Assembly (NCBI GenBank): GCA_964409485.1
Contig: CAYPDM010000001.1
Location: forward strand, 1,175-65,174
Source: an uncultured Dehalococcoidaceae bacterium
GTDB lineage: Bacteria > Chloroflexota > Dehalococcoidia > Dehalococcoidales > RBG-16-60-22
DNA length: 64,000 nucleotides
Reading direction: 5' to 3'
In this document: one piece after another, positions 45,665 to 53,699 of the stretch
Position numbering within the stretch: position 1 is the first letter of the stretch
How the letters are laid out: each line of letters opens with the position of its first letter
Program-made: the position numbers and the translations under genes
Notes under the pieces: model-generated
Seen by the model: only the letters and a program-made list of their open reading frames with translations
Told to the model about the DNA's origin: nothing
The model's database searches: none

Positions 45665-48157
45665 ATGTCAACCGTACACAGCGATAAAAAAGTCAAAGAT
45701 GCAGGCAACTGGCAGGAGTCCTTTACTCCAACCTGTTCCGAGCGCGTTCACAGAGTGAAAAATCGTGTTCTCAGACCGATGGAGATTTGTCTGGAACGTG
45801 CTCGTGCCGAGATGAAGGCTTTAGAACAATACAAGAACGAACCCAGAGTCATTCAGCGGGCACGCATCTTTGAGACCTATCTTAAAGAGAAAACCATCTA
45901 TATTCTGGAAGATGAGCTCATCGCAGGCAATATCACCAGCAAAATACGCGGTGCTTCATTCTCCAGTGAAATGTCTCGTTTTGTAGATGAAGAGCTTGGC
46001 GACCCGGTAAAGGACTTTGAGATTCGCCCGTACGAAAAGATTATAATTACCCCCCAAGAGAGGAAAGAGATTCGGGAAGTGCTTATTCCCTACTTCAAGG
46101 GGAAGACCCTTGGCGATTATATTCTGGAAATAGCTGACGAAGAAGTTAAGGAAAAGGCTTTCTCGATAACCTCTTCCTGCTCTCACATTCCGGTCATCGC
46201 TGATCTATCATTAGACAAAGACGTTGGCCATCAGATGGCCAACTACGAAAAGGTGCTCCATAAAGGTCTCAAAGGCATCAGAGAAGAGGTCGAGTGGTAT
46301 CTGGCCCAGCTCGACCAGCCGTATCAGCACTTTGGGCTTCAGGAGAAGCGTGACTTCTACAAGGCGGTACTGATTGCACTTGATGCGGCTATGGCCTACG
46401 CCAGGAGGTATGCTGACCTGGCTCGGGAAATGGCAGCCAAAGAAGCTGACCCCAAGCTCAAGCAGGAACTTGGGCACATCGCAGAGGTTTGCCAGTGGGT
46501 GCCGGCAAACCCTGCTAGGGACTGGTGGGAAGCCTTACAGTCCGTATGGATGATACACGTCCTCATCCACTGCGATGTTTACAACCTTGCCAACTCCCTG
46601 GGCCGCTTCGACCAGTATATGTATCCCTTCTACAAGAAATCAGTAATTGACGAGAAAACGATGAGCCGTGACGAGGCTCTGGAGCTGCTGGAATGTTTCT
46701 GGATAAAGTTTAATGAGTGGGCCATACTACTTAGCTATGACGTTGCCAGTTACCAGCCAGGGCAGGGGCTAAGTCAGACGATAACTATCGGGGGCCAGAC
46801 CCACGACGGCAGAGACGCCTGCAACGAAGTTACTATGCTCTGTCTGGAAGCCGAGGAACAATTAGCCCGGCCCCAGCCAGAATTCGCCATGAGAATATGG
46901 GAAGGGACACCTGATAGTTACCTAAAGAAAGCCACCGAGCTCATCCGTCTGGGCTGGGGTAAGCCGAAATTTATTGGCGACCGGAAAGCTATTCAAATGA
47001 CGGCTAAGGCCTATCCCGATAGAACCATCGAGGACTGGCGACAGTGTGTGATGATGGGGTGCTCGGAGCTTTGTTTGCCTCACATAACCATGCAGCATAG
47101 CTGGGAAGGAGTTTGCATTCTACCCAAGATACTGGAACTGGCGCTGAACAACGGAAAGTGTGCCCTCTGCGGCCGACAGATAGGACCCCTGACCGGTGAT
47201 CCCAGGAATTTTGAGTCTATGGCAGCAGTGAGGCGGGCGCTTCAGGAGCAGGTGTTTTACTGGATGAAGCACATGGCCAGGGGCATAAAATTAGTGAAGG
47301 AGGAACAGGCTGAGAGGATGATGGCTCCGTTTTGCTCTTCCCTCTCGGAGGGCCCGTTGCAGAAGGGGCTTGACCTTGCTCGGGGTGGTGCCTGGTACAC
47401 TACCTACGGTGTATATCTCGCCGGCCTCGCCGACACCGCTGACTCTCTAGCCGTGATTGACAAGCTAATCTATAACGACAAAAAGATAACATGGGACCAA
47501 ATGCTTGAGGCTATCAAGGCCAATTGGGAGGGCCACGAAAATCTTCGCCAACTTTGCATTAACGGCGTACCTAAATATGGTAATGATAATGATTTTGCCG
47601 ATAGCTGGGCGTCCTGGGTCATGGACACCTGGTACGATAACGTGGACTGGATTAACACCCAGAAGGATCTGCTGCCGTACTACGGTGGTTTATACATTGG
47701 TGCCGGGATTATCGGTCAGAACAATGTAACCTTCGGGCCCTGGCCTGGTGCTCTACCCAATGGACGCATCTATCCAAGACCTCTGGCTGACTGTATATCT
47801 CCGTCTCCAGGCGTCGACAAGAATGGCCCCACGGCTGTAGTCAAGTCAGTTAGTAAACTGCCAACACATCGGTTTGCCATGGGTGGTCCCCTGAATCTGA
47901 GGCTGAGTCGTCAACTCCTGGCCACTGACCGCGATCTGGACAACTTCGTATCCTTCCTCAGAGCCATTGAAGAACTGGGGATATATCACACACAGTTCAA
48001 TGTGATTTCATCGGAGCTCCTGCGCAAGGCGATGAAAGAACCAGAAAATTATCGGGACCTGCTGGTCAGGGTAGCCAGCTACTGTGCCTACTTTTGCGAG
48101 CTTACCGAGGAGCAACAGCTCGATATTATTAATCGCACCGAGCAGCAAGCCTGGTAA
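45665..48157 (+). CDS. glycyl radical enzyme family protein (PFL-like fold), radical-site motif reads RVASY
   Basis: 830 aa. C-terminal fingerprint YRDLLVRVASYCAYFCELTEEQQLDIINRTEQ. Cys loop VMMGCSELC (Cys466 at 47060-62, Glu468). RBS AAAGGAGG. An activase gene follows. Confidence 0.85.
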   Translation: MSTVHSDKKVKDAGNWQESFTPTCSERVHRVKNRVLRPMEICLERARAEMKALEQYKNEPRVIQRARIFETYLKEKTIYILEDELIAGNITSKIRGASFSSEMSRFVDEELGDPVKDFEIRPYEKIIITPQERKEIREVLIPYFKGKTLGDYILEIADEEVKEKAFSITSSCSHIPVIADLSLDKDVGHQMANYEKVLHKGLKGIREEVEWYLAQLDQPYQHFGLQEKRDFYKAVLIALDAAMAYARRYADLAREMAAKEADPKLKQELGHIAEVCQWVPANPARDWWEALQSVWMIHVLIHCDVYNLANSLGRFDQYMYPFYKKSVIDEKTMSRDEALELLECFWIKFNEWAILLSYDVASYQPGQGLSQTITIGGQTHDGRDACNEVTMLCLEAEEQLARPQPEFAMRIWEGTPDSYLKKATELIRLGWGKPKFIGDRKAIQMTAKAYPDRTIEDWRQCVMMGCSELCLPHITMQHSWEGVCILPKILELALNNGKCALCGRQIGPLTGDPRNFESMAAVRRALQEQVFYWMKHMARGIKLVKEEQAERMMAPFCSSLSEGPLQKGLDLARGGAWYTTYGVYLAGLADTADSLAVIDKLIYNDKKITWDQMLEAIKANWEGHENLRQLCINGVPKYGNDNDFADSWASWVMDTWYDNVDWINTQKDLLPYYGGLYIGAGIIGQNNVTFGPWPGALPNGRIYPRPLADCISPSPGVDKNGPTAVVKSVSKLPTHRFAMGGPLNLRLSRQLLATDRDLDNFVSFLRAIEELGIYHTQFNVISSELLRKAMKEPENYRDLLVRVASYCAYFCELTEEQQLDIINRTEQQAW

Positions 48158-48257
48158 AAACCTCTGCTTCTGAGAACTGAGGGCCATCTATGTAAGCAGA
48201 CGTTATCCCAGGGATTTCAGTGTCAAGATAGATGACGCAAAGGGAGCATCAAAAGAC

Positions 48258-49187
48258 TTGGCAAAAAATTCAGAGACGACCACCGCAAAGCGACTCGTTC
48301 TAAGCATTACCAGAATGACCATTCACAATGGCCCGGGAATACGTACCTTAATTCTGTTCAAAGGGTGCCCGTTACGTTGCCTATGGTGTTCGACGCCGGA
48401 GGCTCAGAAGGACGAAGCTGAGATTGCTCTTTACCCGGATAGATGCATCCATTGTGAACAGTGTGTCCCGGTCTGCTCCACGAACGCTATAAACTTAACG
48501 GGCGAGACGGTGAGCATTAATCGTGCTATATGCAACAATTGCGGCAAATGTGCTCAGGTTTGCTACACAGAAGCCATAAAACTTCTAGGACAGGAGATGA
48601 CTATCGAAGAACTGCTTACGGAGGTGAAAAAGGACGCCATTGTCTACAAACACTCCCGTGGCGGAGTCACCATCTCAGGAGGAGAGCCCCTGTTGAATCC
48701 TGAATTCACTCAGGAATTGCTTCGGGCATTCAAAGAAGAGAACATCAGTGTTGGAGTTGATACCTGCGGTCATGTGCCCTGGAAGAACATTGAGAAAGTG
48801 TTACCCTATATTGATTTTTTTCTCTGGGATATAAAGCATATGAATGGCAAAGAACACAGGAAATTCACCGGTGTCTCTAACAAGCTTATTCTAAGTAATG
48901 CTCGTTCTGTTTCCGAGAGAAATATACCTCTTTATATCAGGGTGCCCATAATCCCGGGCTACAACGATTCAGAAGAGAATATCAGGGCTATCTGTGAGTT
49001 CGCCCGTGATTTATCTTCACTGGTAAATATAGACCTTTTACCATTACACCATCTGGGGAAGGCAAGGTACGATAGCCTGAACCTTGCCTATCAGATAGCT
49101 GATATTCCTCTTATTCCAGATAGTGTCTTGCATAACATAAAAAGGCTGGTAGAATCTTACCAGTTGAATTGCAGTATTGTCGGCTAA
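48258..49187 (+). CDS. glycyl radical enzyme activating enzyme (radical SAM, with two auxiliary ferredoxin-type clusters)
   Basis: 309 aa. HNGPGIRTLILFKGCPLRCLWCSTPE (CX3CX2C), CIHCEQCVPVC, CNNCGKCAQVC and GGVTISGGEPLL. TTG start 48258 after AGGGAG; the alternative ATG would cut into the conserved N-terminus. Confidence 0.85.
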   Translation: MAKNSETTTAKRLVLSITRMTIHNGPGIRTLILFKGCPLRCLWCSTPEAQKDEAEIALYPDRCIHCEQCVPVCSTNAINLTGETVSINRAICNNCGKCAQVCYTEAIKLLGQEMTIEELLTEVKKDAIVYKHSRGGVTISGGEPLLNPEFTQELLRAFKEENISVGVDTCGHVPWKNIEKVLPYIDFFLWDIKHMNGKEHRKFTGVSNKLILSNARSVSERNIPLYIRVPIIPGYNDSEENIRAICEFARDLSSLVNIDLLPLHHLGKARYDSLNLAYQIADIPLIPDSVLHNIKRLVESYQLNCSIVG

Positions 49188-49201
49188 AAAGGAGAAGCGA
49201 A

Positions 49202-50089
49202 ATGATAAATATTGATATTGATGAGCTACTCAGTGGCTCAATTGACATGCATATGCATCCGGGCCCTGCCGGAGGTCCTTGCCGTCTCGATGCTCTTGAA
49301 GCAGCCGAGCAGGCAAAGCAGGCCAGAATGAGGGGCATTGTCCTTAAGAGCCATAGTTATACTGCCTCTGCAGTGGCAATCATCGTGAATCAATTAGTAC
49401 CTGACATACACGTTTTCGGAAGTGTCTGCCTCGATTATGAAATCGGGGGGCTTAATTCTCACGCCGTGGAAAACGCAGCCTATCTCGGGGCTAAAGTAGT
49501 CTGGATGCCTACCTTCTCTTCCGCCAATTCAATCAATAAGATGAGGGCGTTGGGACTTCCCCTTAAAGGTGAAGGACTCTCACTAATAGATGATGCGGGC
49601 AAACTAGTACCGGAAATGGAACCCATACTCACACTTATAAAAGAACATGATATGATATTAGCTACTGGTCATATTTCTCCGCAGGAAACGTTAATTCTCC
49701 TAAATGAGGCGCAGAGAATCGGGATAAAAAAATACATCATCACCCATCCTACGGATAAAGAATTTTCAGAAAAACTTTTAAGTATTGATGAGCTGCAGCA
49801 ACTGGCCAAGATAGGGGCGTTTATTGAGTTCACTCTGGTTGGAATGTTACCAAATGAGTTTTGTCATGACCCAGCACAAATCGCGCGGACAATCAAGACT
49901 ATCGGCGCGGAACACTGTATCATCAGTACCGATCTTGGTCAACCCCAAAATCCGCTCCCGGTCGAGGGTATGAGGTTACTTATGGCCACCCTGCTTCATC
50001 ACGGAATATCACAGGAAGAAGTTGAGTTGATGGCTAAAATAAATCCGGCAACTCTTTTGGACCTAGATAAAAACTCTGAAATTCATTAA
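49202..50089 (+). CDS. amidohydrolase-superfamily (metal-dependent TIM-barrel hydrolase-like) protein
   Basis: ORF 49169..50089; start moved to ATG 49202 after AAAGGAGAAG. HxH (DMHMHPG), later ATGHIS, ITHP and ISTDLG give the His/His/Asp order of the amidohydrolase fold. Substrate unknown. Confidence 0.5.
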   Translation: MINIDIDELLSGSIDMHMHPGPAGGPCRLDALEAAEQAKQARMRGIVLKSHSYTASAVAIIVNQLVPDIHVFGSVCLDYEIGGLNSHAVENAAYLGAKVVWMPTFSSANSINKMRALGLPLKGEGLSLIDDAGKLVPEMEPILTLIKEHDMILATGHISPQETLILLNEAQRIGIKKYIITHPTDKEFSEKLLSIDELQQLAKIGAFIEFTLVGMLPNEFCHDPAQIARTIKTIGAEHCIISTDLGQPQNPLPVEGMRLLMATLLHHGISQEEVELMAKINPATLLDLDKNSEIH

Positions 50090-50165
50090 CAAAAGGAGTC
50101 TTTTTTACAGATACCACAGACTTGATTTCAGGAAAAATGAAAAATTAAGGAGTATACAGATTTAC

Positions 50166-51947
50166 ATGACAAGTAAAAAAATAGCAGTTTTGAGACCGCA
50201 AGGCAAAGCCTCTCCAATACAATTGGAGCCTATGGCACCTCGGCTTGATACCCTCGAGGGCAAAACAGTATACATCGTAGACATGAATTTTCCGCGAACG
50301 CATCAATTCTGGGAAGAGATGCAAAAAATGCTCGCCAACAGATACCCCGAGACGACCTGGGTACTCAGGATTAAGGTAGGCACTTACTTTCATAATGACC
50401 CAGAGCTATGGGCTGAAATTAAGGAAAAAGGCGATGGAGTGATAATGGGTATCGGTCAGTTAGATACCTGTACGCCGTCGGTCATCATCTTTTGCTCGAT
50501 ATTAGAAAAATTAGGGCTGCCTACAGCACCCGTTGTTACTGAGGCATTTCCAAGAATCGCAAAGAGCTTTGCGTATAAGAAGGGAATGCCCGAACTACGA
50601 TTTACTTTTGTTCCCCATCCTTTCGCAAATAGACCACTCGAGGTACACCGGAAATATCTAGAGGGTAACGACCCAATAAACGGCAAGCCAGTTTTAGATG
50701 AAATTGTTGAGGCATTGACCAAACCGATAACTGATAAGGAAACGAAGACAGGGACTATAGATAGGTCAATGCCGAGGCTGTTAGAGCCTGATACCCCGGA
50801 GAATCTGGAGCGCCTCTTTATTGAAAAAGGATGGACTGATTATCTTCCGATAGTGCTTCCTACGGAAGAAAGAGTAGCCGAGATGCTCGAAGGAACGAGC
50901 CATAAACCTGATGAAGTAGTTGGCATAATGCAACCCATCCCTCCCAACGAGGTCTGGGACAACCTCACCAAGCGGCTTGGTTCCGGTGGACTGAGAAGAG
51001 GAGCTGAAAGAGAGCATTTCCCGGTAGTTATGCAACCCTCCCCTCCTCATGAGGCCTGGGAGTATACCGTAGAGCATATCGCCATTAACGCCGTGATGGC
51101 AGGAGCCAAACCAGAGCATTTCCCGGTAATATTGGCCATAGCATCGACAGGGGCAACCTCGCTGTTCAGTTCCGCGACTTCTATGACGAGGATGGTCGTC
51201 GCTAATGGGCCTATACGAAAAGAGATAAATATGAATTGTGGTCTGAGTGCACTGGGCCCGTTTAATCAGGCTAACGCTGTCATTGGAAGGGCCTGGACAC
51301 TCATATCCAAGAATCTAGGAGGATCGATACCGGGTGAAACTTATCTGGGAGATTTAGGTAATAATACCAACTACAATAATAATTGTTTCGCAGAGAACGA
51401 GGAGGTACTGCCCGAAGGATGGAGTCCTTTACATGTACAAAAGGGTTATAAGTCAGATGAAAGCGTTGTTAGTATTTTAGGTGGTTGGAGTATGCTTAAC
51501 TACGCTGCTTATAAACCACATCCACATCACGAAATAATGAAACGGCAGCTGCAAAGTTTTGAAACCAGTGGAGCCGGCACACACCACACTCCTGGAATAA
51601 ACCCCGGAACTCAAGCTACTTTTTTGTTAAGCCCGATAACGTCAAGGGATCTTAAGAATGAAGGCTTCAATAGCAAGGAGCAGTTAAGCCAATGGCTCAA
51701 GGAAAATACCTATATGACTCTTTGGAACTATTGGGCAGCTATGCCTGATGACCTTGAATCTGGCAAGGCAGGTGTCGAGCCATTTGCGTCTTTGTTGAAA
51801 CTTCCACCGGAAGCGAACTCGCCGCGACCACTTATCCTGCGCGATATACCGGTTGAGATAGTGGTAGTTGGAGGGGGAACCGATGCATTTTGGATGGCTG
51901 GTGATCTTTCTTGTATGGCGTCAGCATCAATAGATACATGGAGGTAA
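50166..51947 (+). CDS. unassigned 593-aa protein, paralogue P1 (two-domain, function unknown)
   Basis: Long ORF, last gene of the GRE transcription unit. Clearly homologous to 53700..55487 (blocks LPIVLPTEERV, IAINAVMAGAKPEHFPVILA, GPIRKEINMN). No named family recognised. Confidence 0.7.
   Translation: MTSKKIAVLRPQGKASPIQLEPMAPRLDTLEGKTVYIVDMNFPRTHQFWEEMQKMLANRYPETTWVLRIKVGTYFHNDPELWAEIKEKGDGVIMGIGQLDTCTPSVIIFCSILEKLGLPTAPVVTEAFPRIAKSFAYKKGMPELRFTFVPHPFANRPLEVHRKYLEGNDPINGKPVLDEIVEALTKPITDKETKTGTIDRSMPRLLEPDTPENLERLFIEKGWTDYLPIVLPTEERVAEMLEGTSHKPDEVVGIMQPIPPNEVWDNLTKRLGSGGLRRGAEREHFPVVMQPSPPHEAWEYTVEHIAINAVMAGAKPEHFPVILAIASTGATSLFSSATSMTRMVVANGPIRKEINMNCGLSALGPFNQANAVIGRAWTLISKNLGGSIPGETYLGDLGNNTNYNNNCFAENEEVLPEGWSPLHVQKGYKSDESVVSILGGWSMLNYAAYKPHPHHEIMKRQLQSFETSGAGTHHTPGINPGTQATFLLSPITSRDLKNEGFNSKEQLSQWLKENTYMTLWNYWAAMPDDLESGKAGVEPFASLLKLPPEANSPRPLILRDIPVEIVVVGGGTDAFWMAGDLSCMASASIDTWR
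50928..51131 (+). repeat. in-frame 2 x 102-bp tandem duplication inside P1
   Basis: Copy 1 (50928-51029) and copy 2 (51030-51131) share their ends (ATGCAACCC..CC.CC at the 5' end, GAGCATTTCCCGGTA at the 3' end) but have diverged centres. The peptides are MQPIPPNEVW...EREHFPVV and MQPSPPHEAW...KPEHFPVI. Confidence 0.75.
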
Positions 51948-52243
51948 AAACGCAACGAATTCCCTCCCTGTTTGTTACAGGTTCTGTTGCGGAATAATAT
52001 TCATACCGATATTAACATTCGGCTAACGCTGACCCTACCCCAATAGAGTGATTAGGGGCTGGAGTTTTTAAAACCTCCGGCCCTCTCGCATTGACTGAGC
52101 AAAGGAACATAAAAAAGACATGGGATCGGGTAAGATTCCTCGGACTAAACTGCGCATAGAAACTCAAGAAAAGTAGCACTAACAAATGAAGTCTCCTTTC
52201 CGGTCGGCAAATTATTTGGTACCAGTTCATGTTGTGAAGAGCA

Positions 52244-53671
52244 CTATGGTGAAGTTTGCTTCACTACTTTCGAGAAGCTGGTTCGTATTTCGCACCGGTC
52301 ACAGACATTCAGGTACTGGTCCGTGTTTACCGAATAATCGAGCCAGTCAGGAACCCCCCGTGCCCAAGGTTTACCGGTCTTTGCGAAGCTAGCCCACAAG
52401 CCCATCATGGCCTCCGAAACATTTCTGTCAATCGCACTCAGGCCGGGATTGGCCGTTTTGGCGCCGGCCTGTTGCGCTAGCATATACACGGAGGTCCACC
52501 AACCGGTGGAATTATCCCAATCGCCGAAGACGTAAGGAAGCTCCATCGAATGTACGGAGACGCAGCCTTCATTCCTCCATACTGCGGGTACCTGGTCGAA
52601 GATGCAAGCATATCCGTTACATCCCTGCTTATTCACAGATTCCAGCATCTCGATGTAGGCCGGAATAATATAAGGCATGACTAGTGGACCAGGCCCGGTC
52701 AACTCGCCTAGGTTAGCAGAAACTATGAGGGGCACAGCATTGCAGGAACCGGACTTAAACGTATTCTCGGGACTCTCCGGCAGCACCCAGCCATCCACGG
52801 CTGCATCCCAAACAAAGGCCGGGCGGTTGGTAGGAGTGCTCGGCCCTTCTATTGCCTGACTGGCTTTGATGATTTCTATAAAGGGTATCGCGCGCGCCTG
52901 CTCCAGTGGGTCAACAGCCGAGTCTATCCCCAGCTTTTCAAAAAGCGTTTTTCCACTGTTTTCGATATTCACCAGTGGTTTGCTGAGTAAGATGGCCATA
53001 GCCGTGCCGCTTTCGCAGATGGCTCGGTGGAACAGCCCCTTTGCAAGAGGTGACGACATCATAATGGACACCTTGGCTCCGCCGCCGGACTCTCCGAAGA
53101 TGGTGACATTGTCTGGGTCGCCGCCGAATGCCGCGATGTTGTCTCGCACCCACTGAAGGGAGGCGATGAGGTCAAGGAACAAGTAATTACCCGACACGCC
53201 CATCGGCGATTCTTCCGAAAGCGCGGAATGGGCTAACAGTCCAATCGGTCCAAGTCTGTGATTCAGAGTAACAACCACGACGCCATATTGAGGCAGGCGG
53301 TAGTTGTTCCATATTCTGTCATTACCACATCCCATCGAGTATCCTCCGCCATGCATCCAGACCATGACCGGTAGTTTCTCATCTGGTTCGCGTGCTGGTG
53401 TAACCACGTTCAGATAAAGGCAGTCTTCACTTTGGGGCATTTCACCTGATATACCGGGCATGAGAGGCTGGGGTGAGATATGACTGAATTGGGTACATTC
53501 GCGGATTCCTTCCCAGGGCACAACAGGCTGCGGTGGTTTCCAGCGCAAGTCTCCCACCGGAGGAGCTGCAAACGGGATTCCACGGAAGATAGATACTTCT
53601 TTCCCCGGCTCACCAATTAGAGTACCTGAAACGTAGCCCTTATCGGTTCTGACAATCTGCATATCATACAC
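52244..53671 (-). CDS. type-B carboxylesterase/lipase family serine hydrolase
   Basis: 475 aa. FRGIPFAAPPVGDLRWKPPQP, EDCLYLNV and the nucleophile elbow GESGGG. Confidence 0.85.
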   Translation of the reverse strand: MYDMQIVRTDKGYVSGTLIGEPGKEVSIFRGIPFAAPPVGDLRWKPPQPVVPWEGIRECTQFSHISPQPLMPGISGEMPQSEDCLYLNVVTPAREPDEKLPVMVWMHGGGYSMGCGNDRIWNNYRLPQYGVVVVTLNHRLGPIGLLAHSALSEESPMGVSGNYLFLDLIASLQWVRDNIAAFGGDPDNVTIFGESGGGAKVSIMMSSPLAKGLFHRAICESGTAMAILLSKPLVNIENSGKTLFEKLGIDSAVDPLEQARAIPFIEIIKASQAIEGPSTPTNRPAFVWDAAVDGWVLPESPENTFKSGSCNAVPLIVSANLGELTGPGPLVMPYIIPAYIEMLESVNKQGCNGYACIFDQVPAVWRNEGCVSVHSMELPYVFGDWDNSTGWWTSVYMLAQQAGAKTANPGLSAIDRNVSEAMMGLWASFAKTGKPWARGVPDWLDYSVNTDQYLNVCDRCEIRTSFSKVVKQTSP

Positions 53672-53699
53672 CTAATTTATAAAAATTCCGTAGCTTTTA

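Noticed and set aside
51948-52243. 296-bp convergent spacer containing the ORF 52012-52230 (minus strand) and a weak hairpin GGCTGGAG...CTCCGGCC
   Set aside because: The ORF has no RBS and an implausible composition. The hairpin has a mismatch, a 10-nt loop and no clear U-tract. I cannot support either a gene or a terminator call.
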